In this document: positions 59,100-63,819 of the stretch, one piece after another | Position numbering within the stretch: the first letter of the stretch is position 1 | Layout: each line of letters opens with the position of its first letter | Source of the DNA: Candidatus Omnitrophota bacterium | GTDB taxonomy: Bacteria > Omnitrophota > Gorgyraeia > Gygaellales > Profunditerraquicolaceae | NCBI GenBank assembly: GCA_041653955.1 | Contig: JBAZEH010000006.1 | Span: 764-64,582 of the forward strand | DNA: 63,819 nt | Direction of reading: 5' to 3' | The notes under the pieces: generated by a model | The model's input: the letters and a program-made list of their open reading frames with translations, nothing else | Told to the model about the DNA's origin: nothing | Databases searched by the model: none | Translations under genes and position numbers: made by a program

Positions 59100-60177
59100 T
59101 GAGTTCCGCGATATCAAGCTGATAAAAAGGATATCCGGGGAGTTAAAAAAGTCCGCTCCCTCATATCCTGTTAATATTATGGAGGTGTGCGGCACCCATA
59201 CGCAGAGTTTCCTTAGGTTCGGCCTGGAGGAATTTATACCTTCCAATCTTAAGCTGATCTCGGGGCCGGGATGCCCGGTATGCGTGACCTCCCAGGGGTA
59301 TATTGATAATGCTGTTAAGCTTAGCCGCGATAAGGATAATATTATTCTTACCTTTGGGGATATGCTGCGTGTACCGGGCACGGATTCTTCCCTGGAAAAA
59401 GAGCGCGCCGGCAGGGGGAATGTCAAAGTCGCCTATTCGCCGCTTGATTCTCTCCTATACGCGCGAGGCAACCCCAAAAAGAAGATAATATTCCTGGCAG
59501 CGGGTTTTGAGACTACCGCCCCCACGATAGCCCTGAGCCTTATCAGGGCGAAGGAGGAGAAGATAAACAACCTGTTTTTTTATTCTTCCCTGAAATTGAT
59601 AACTCCGGCGATGAAAGAGCTGCTTAAAGACAAAAGATTGAACCTCTCGGGGTTCTTATGCCCGGGGCATGTCTCTTGTGTGATCGGTTCATCACCCTAT
59701 GGGTTCATACCGCGTGAATACGGGGTGGGGTGCTGTATCGCCGGATTTGAGCCTATTGATATCCTTGAAGGGCTTTATTTTCTTATATTGCAGGCCGTCA
59801 AAAATAAACCGCGCGTGCAGAACCAGTATGCGAGGGTAGTAGCGCCCCGGGGCAACCTTAAGGCGAAAGAGGCTATCTCAAAGGTGTTTGAAGTCAGCGC
59901 TGCGTGTTGGCGCGGCCTGGGTGATATTGAAAAGAGCGGGCTTAATATAAAAGGCAGGTTCTCCCGCTTTGACGCGCTTAAGGAGTTCTCCATTAAAGAG
60001 CAAGCGCCCGCGGTAAACAAAAGGATACCGCGCTGCAGGTGCGCGGATATACTAAAAGGCCTGATCTCTCCGCAGGAGTGCCCCTTGTTCCGTAAGGTAT
60101 GTAAGCCCGAGCATCCTGTAGGCCCATGTATGGTCTCAAACGAAGGAGCCTGTAATGCATATTATAAATATAAATGA
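59086..60177 (+). CDS. hypD: Hydrogenase maturation protein HypD
   Basis: MEVCGTHT, GPGCPVCV, GFETTAP and PCMVSNEGAC motifs. Confidence 0.93.
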   Translation: MRYVDEFRDIKLIKRISGELKKSAPSYPVNIMEVCGTHTQSFLRFGLEEFIPSNLKLISGPGCPVCVTSQGYIDNAVKLSRDKDNIILTFGDMLRVPGTDSSLEKERAGRGNVKVAYSPLDSLLYARGNPKKKIIFLAAGFETTAPTIALSLIRAKEEKINNLFFYSSLKLITPAMKELLKDKRLNLSGFLCPGHVSCVIGSSPYGFIPREYGVGCCIAGFEPIDILEGLYFLILQAVKNKPRVQNQYARVVAPRGNLKAKEAISKVFEVSAACWRGLGDIEKSGLNIKGRFSRFDALKEFSIKEQAPAVNKRIPRCRCADILKGLISPQECPLFRKVCKPEHPVGPCMVSNEGACNAYYKYK

Positions 60178-62551
60178 TAAGAAGATAGCGGGTTGCCTTT
60201 GCGCCTTCCTTTTAGTATTTCTTGCCTGCGGATGCGCGCAAAAGGACGATCTGGAAGAAGCCCGCGGTTACGCGCATGGATCAGATGCCTATTATCAGCG
60301 CGCGGTGGGGATTTATAAGGAACTGCTCGCTAAAGGAAAAGATATTGACAGGCTGCATTTTGAGCTCGGAGAACTTTACTATAAGAGCGGCAGGTGGAAA
60401 GAAGCGGCCGGAGAACTCCGCGAGTCTGCCGGAGAGAAAGCGAAGAAGCTGCTGGCTATCTCTTATTACCGCTTAGGGAACTTTGCCGAGGCCCTTGAGA
60501 TATTCAACAAGGATGAGGCCCCGGACGACGAATCTCTTTATTATCAAGGATTGACCTGCGAGAAATTAAATCTTTTTGGCCAGGCGATAGCCGCTTATAA
60601 GAAGATAGAGGGAAAGGAGTTCTTTCCCGCGGCCTCCGAACGCCTTGATATGATCGAAAAAGGTTCGGGCCACCTGCAGATCAAAGATATAAACCAGCAG
60701 GTCCATAGCATATTACAGTCGGCTCCCGGTCAGGATAAATACCCCCAGGCGGGAGCGCTCATCCTTCTTTGCGACGAAGAGATAGAGACTACCCCGCAGG
60801 ATAACCAGGTTTATACCCTCCATTATCTGGTAAAGATACTGAACGAGCGCGGTAAAGAGGATTTTTCGGAGACCCGGATTAATTATGATTCTACATATGA
60901 AACGGTAGAGCTGGAGTACGCCCGCACTATCAAGCCCGATGGGACGGTTACTGAAGTAGGGACCCGCCATATCCGCGATGTATCAAAGTACCTGAATTTC
61001 CCCCTTTACAGCAACGCGCGCGTGTATATAATATCCTTCCCCGAAATCACCGAAGGGGCCGCGATAGAATATAAGGTCAGGATACGCCGCAATCAGCTGA
61101 TCAATAAGAATGATTTTGTCGTAAGCTATCCGGTCCAGGCGGGAGACCCGGTTATCTTTGCCAATATGCGCATTATTTTGCCCTCTCCGGAAAGCCTGAT
61201 GTATATAAAGTCATTGAACGAGGAGTATAATTATTTCGGGGCAGAGCTTAAGCCTTTTATTCAGAAGGGGGAGAACGGCGACGAACGCCTCGTCTGCAGT
61301 TGGCAATTCAGGGATATACCCCAGATAATCCCGGAATCAAATATGCCGGAGAGCGTAGAGATAAACCCGACCATACTGACTTCAACGTTCTCTTCCTGGC
61401 AGGAGGTATATGACTGGTGGAGTTCACTCGCCTTTGATAAGATCAAGGCGGATCCCGCCATAAAAGAAAAGGTACGGGAATTGGCCGCCGGAAAGAAATC
61501 CGATGAGGATAAGATAAGCGCGATCTACAACTTTTGCGCCAAAGATATACGTTATGTGGCCGTAGAGTACGGGCAGGCAGGGTATGAGCCGCACCCCGCA
61601 GCCGATATATTCAGGAATAAATACGGAGATTGCAAGGACCAGGCGATACTTTTGGTGGCAATGCTCAGAGAGGCTGGTTTTTCGGCCTGGCCCGTGCTTA
61701 TCCCCACAAAGGGGGTTTATGATCTGAATAAAGATTTTCCCTCCGTGTTCTTTAACCACTGCATTGCCGCCATAGCGGTAAAAGATGGTATTGTTTTCGC
61801 TGACCCCACCGCGGAAACATGTTCTTTTGGGGATCTGCCTGCCGCAGATCAGGGGAGAAATGTCCTGGTTTTCAGGGAGAAAGATTATGAAATACTGCAA
61901 ACCCCTCTATACACCGGAGGGCACAACCTCATAAGGCAGTTTTTAAAGATAAAGATCAGCCCCGATGAGACAATATCGGCTCAAAAGAGCGTAAGCAGTT
62001 TTGGGGTTTATGACCAGGGGCAAAGGTACTGGATGCTGTATACCCCTCCGGAATTGATACGTGAAACACTTAAAGAAAAGATACAGTCGGTCTCCATAGG
62101 CGCCGCCCTTGAGGATTATAATATAGAGAACCTTAATGACTTGAATACCCCCGTGGTATTGAGCTACTCTTTTAAGGGGAGTGAGTATTTTACCGAGGCG
62201 GGCAAAAGCAGGATAATGCCGCAATTAAGCTCCCTGGATACATCGCTGGTCGCGAAAGACAAGCGCCGGTATCCTGTCGCATTCCCGTTCCTGGATACCA
62301 GGGAGACATCTTTTGAGATCGAGCTTCCCCGCGGCCTCTCCGTAAAATATATGCCGCAGAGCGTAAGCGAAGAAACCCCCTGGCTTGATTTTAAGGTTGA
62401 ATATAAACAAAAAAATAATAAAATATACTTTACGGAAACAGCGCGGCTTAAGAAAATACTTATCCCGTTGGATGAGTATTTCCGCTTTAAGGGTTTCTTT
62501 GAGGGGTTGGCCAAAAGGATCAAACAGAGGATAATATTGGAGAAGAGATGA
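60155..62551 (+). CDS. TPR / DUF3857 / transglutaminase-like / DUF3858 envelope protein
   Basis: N-terminal hydrophobic segment with Cys (possible lipoprotein), TPR-like repeats, and the transglutaminase core GDCKDQAILLVAMLR. The DUF3857 and DUF3858 flanks are inferred from architecture. Confidence 0.7.
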   Translation: MHIININDKKIAGCLCAFLLVFLACGCAQKDDLEEARGYAHGSDAYYQRAVGIYKELLAKGKDIDRLHFELGELYYKSGRWKEAAGELRESAGEKAKKLLAISYYRLGNFAEALEIFNKDEAPDDESLYYQGLTCEKLNLFGQAIAAYKKIEGKEFFPAASERLDMIEKGSGHLQIKDINQQVHSILQSAPGQDKYPQAGALILLCDEEIETTPQDNQVYTLHYLVKILNERGKEDFSETRINYDSTYETVELEYARTIKPDGTVTEVGTRHIRDVSKYLNFPLYSNARVYIISFPEITEGAAIEYKVRIRRNQLINKNDFVVSYPVQAGDPVIFANMRIILPSPESLMYIKSLNEEYNYFGAELKPFIQKGENGDERLVCSWQFRDIPQIIPESNMPESVEINPTILTSTFSSWQEVYDWWSSLAFDKIKADPAIKEKVRELAAGKKSDEDKISAIYNFCAKDIRYVAVEYGQAGYEPHPAADIFRNKYGDCKDQAILLVAMLREAGFSAWPVLIPTKGVYDLNKDFPSVFFNHCIAAIAVKDGIVFADPTAETCSFGDLPAADQGRNVLVFREKDYEILQTPLYTGGHNLIRQFLKIKISPDETISAQKSVSSFGVYDQGQRYWMLYTPPELIRETLKEKIQSVSIGAALEDYNIENLNDLNTPVVLSYSFKGSEYFTEAGKSRIMPQLSSLDTSLVAKDKRRYPVAFPFLDTRETSFEIELPRGLSVKYMPQSVSEETPWLDFKVEYKQKNNKIYFTETARLKKILIPLDEYFRFKGFFEGLAKRIKQRIILEKR

Positions 62552-63819
62552 CGGCTATATTCAGGCAGGATTCTTTAGGCGCGGAACGCAGGAAATATAT
62601 AAGGCTTGATTCGGTTTTCCCCGTGCAGTTTTGCATATCGGGGCTGGACGGGAAAACCCAGCTATCAGGCTGGCTGCAGGGGTTTACAAATAATATCGGC
62701 AAAGGCGGCATATGCCTGGCGGTAAATAATCTGGATGCCGGGATAGCCAGGCTTATAAGGGAAAAGCAGGTAAGGCTTTCACTTGAGATAGATATGCCTT
62801 TAGCGGTTTCCTCTATACCCGCCGTGGCTTCTGTGGCCTGGATCCGGGATGTAGCAGGGCATCCGGATAAATATCTGATCGGGTTAAGCTATGAGGAGAT
62901 CTCCCCGGCCGCCAATGCCCGGATCATGCGCTATGCTGTCGCGAAAAAGCTTTTTGTCCCGGTAGTCTCGGTAGTAATTATCGTATTGGGCATAGGATTT
63001 ATAATAGGCAGCTACATAAACGTAAAGTTGATCAAGGGGAACAAGGCCCTTGTTGAACAGTTAGTCGGGATATTGCAGGAATCCAGCGCCGCCAAACAGA
63101 CTATAAAATCCATTAATAAGGAGAGGGCCGGCCTGCAACTTAAGATGCAGGCATTAGAGCTGCGCATAAAAGAGGCAGAAGGAGAAAGGTCAGTTTTAGA
63201 GAAGATAGCCGAAGACGCAGAGAGGTCAAAACTGGAAGAGAAGGCTATGGTGGAAGAGCGCTCGAGGATGGAGGTGGCCCAGACGGCCCAGAAGATAAAT
63301 GAGTTCAACGTGATGATCCAGAAATTGGCACAGGAGAAATTCGCGTTGCAGGAGGAGTTGATAGCCGTGCAGAATAAGGAGAGTTCTATCACCGAAGAGC
63401 TGCTGCGCCTGGATAAGAAGAAATCCACCCTGGAGAAGGCCAATCTCGATAAGATGTATCAGTGGCTTAAGATACACCAGAATCAGCGCACGGGATTGAT
63501 CATGAGCTTTGAAGGGGATGGGGATATCGCTAACTGGGGTTTTCTCTATGACCAATCCCTGGTTGGCCAGGCCTTTACCTATTTCTCTGATTTTGAGCGG
63601 GCGAAGACCATATTGAACTTTTTCGACAAAAAAGCCAAAAGAGCTAATGGTTTATTTTATAATGCCTATTATGTCAATGACGGCGATGTCGCTGAAGGGA
63701 TCGTGCACAGCGGGCCTAATATATGGCTGGGGATAACCGCCCTGCAGTATATCAAGAAGAGCCAGGACCCTCGTTATATGAAAATGGCCGAACAGATAGC
63801 CGACGGCATAATAGGATTG
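62548..63819 (+). CDS. PilZ domain - TM - coiled coil - alpha/alpha-barrel-like protein (3' partial; absent from supplied ORF track)
   Basis: Hand translation from the ATG at 62548 (ATGA overlap) stays open to the window end. RRKYIRLD...NNIGKGGI PilZ motifs, a TM segment VVSVVIIVLGIGFIIGSYI, about 130 aa of heptad-rich sequence, then WGFLYDQSLVGQAF... Confidence 0.7.
   Translation, partial: MTAIFRQDSLGAERRKYIRLDSVFPVQFCISGLDGKTQLSGWLQGFTNNIGKGGICLAVNNLDAGIARLIREKQVRLSLEIDMPLAVSSIPAVASVAWIRDVAGHPDKYLIGLSYEEISPAANARIMRYAVAKKLFVPVVSVVIIVLGIGFIIGSYINVKLIKGNKALVEQLVGILQESSAAKQTIKSINKERAGLQLKMQALELRIKEAEGERSVLEKIAEDAERSKLEEKAMVEERSRMEVAQTAQKINEFNVMIQKLAQEKFALQEELIAVQNKESSITEELLRLDKKKSTLEKANLDKMYQWLKIHQNQRTGLIMSFEGDGDIANWGFLYDQSLVGQAFTYFSDFERAKTILNFFDKKAKRANGLFYNAYYVNDGDVAEGIVHSGPNIWLGITALQYIKKSQDPRYMKMAEQIADGIIGL

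Overview
Origin-proximal chromosomal segment of a bacterium, probably anaerobic; the phylum cannot be determined by eye. I call 75 CDS and 4 tRNAs, and all but one gene lie on the + strand. Genes are tightly packed, with many 1-30 nt overlaps. In order: (1) dnaN (5' partial), DUF721/DciA-like, gyrB, gyrA, tRNA-Glu, glmS, rsmI. (2) A pyrimidine operon in Bacillus gene order (pyrR-pyrB-pyrC, carA-carB, pyrK, pyrD-pyrF), preceded by a promoter, stem-loop and terminator leader. Three unrelated gene inserts interrupt it, one of them carrying an EndoQ-like nuclease and tRNA-Arg. (3) A 7-gene V-type ATPase operon (E, DUF2764, A, B, D, I, K) whose K subunit has a Na+-site signature. (4) tRNA-Val and tRNA-Asp, separated by three hairpins. 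(5) The most interesting part: a roughly 12.6 kb, 20-ORF co-directional array at 32.1-44.8 kb, fronted by a Fur-family regulator and two near-identical 21-nt Fur-box-like palindromes. It combines two DUF5320 proteins, two NifX-like proteins, a 55-aa ferredoxin missing from the supplied ORF track, metK and an orphan encapsulated-ferritin-like protein. It also holds two ferredoxin-insert MinD/CooC-type ATPases bracketing a CoA-binding protein and a CoADR/Nox-type flavoprotein. A DUF2099-like protein, an IscU-like scaffold, Mrp/ApbC, a radical SAM enzyme, a thioesterase, DUF89 and def complete it. I read this as a candidate uncharacterised iron-responsive metallocluster assembly or delivery system. 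(6) An Rrf2-headed array containing hypA, trxA, a J-domain protein, a DsrE-like protein and TrmO. (7) The only minus-strand gene (membrane glycosyltransferase-like with TPR repeats), divergent from a beta-barrel outer-membrane protein gene. (8) CsaA-like, YkgJ, DUF2156, a DnaQ-WYL-like exonuclease, pabB, pabC, a HypF reduced to its C-terminal domain, hypC and hypD. (9) A TPR/transglutaminase protein, then a 3'-open PilZ/coiled-coil protein that is also absent from the ORF track. I saw no rRNA, CRISPR array, transposase, integrase or recognisable defence genes. All family assignments come from motif recognition by eye and need HMM or BLAST confirmation.
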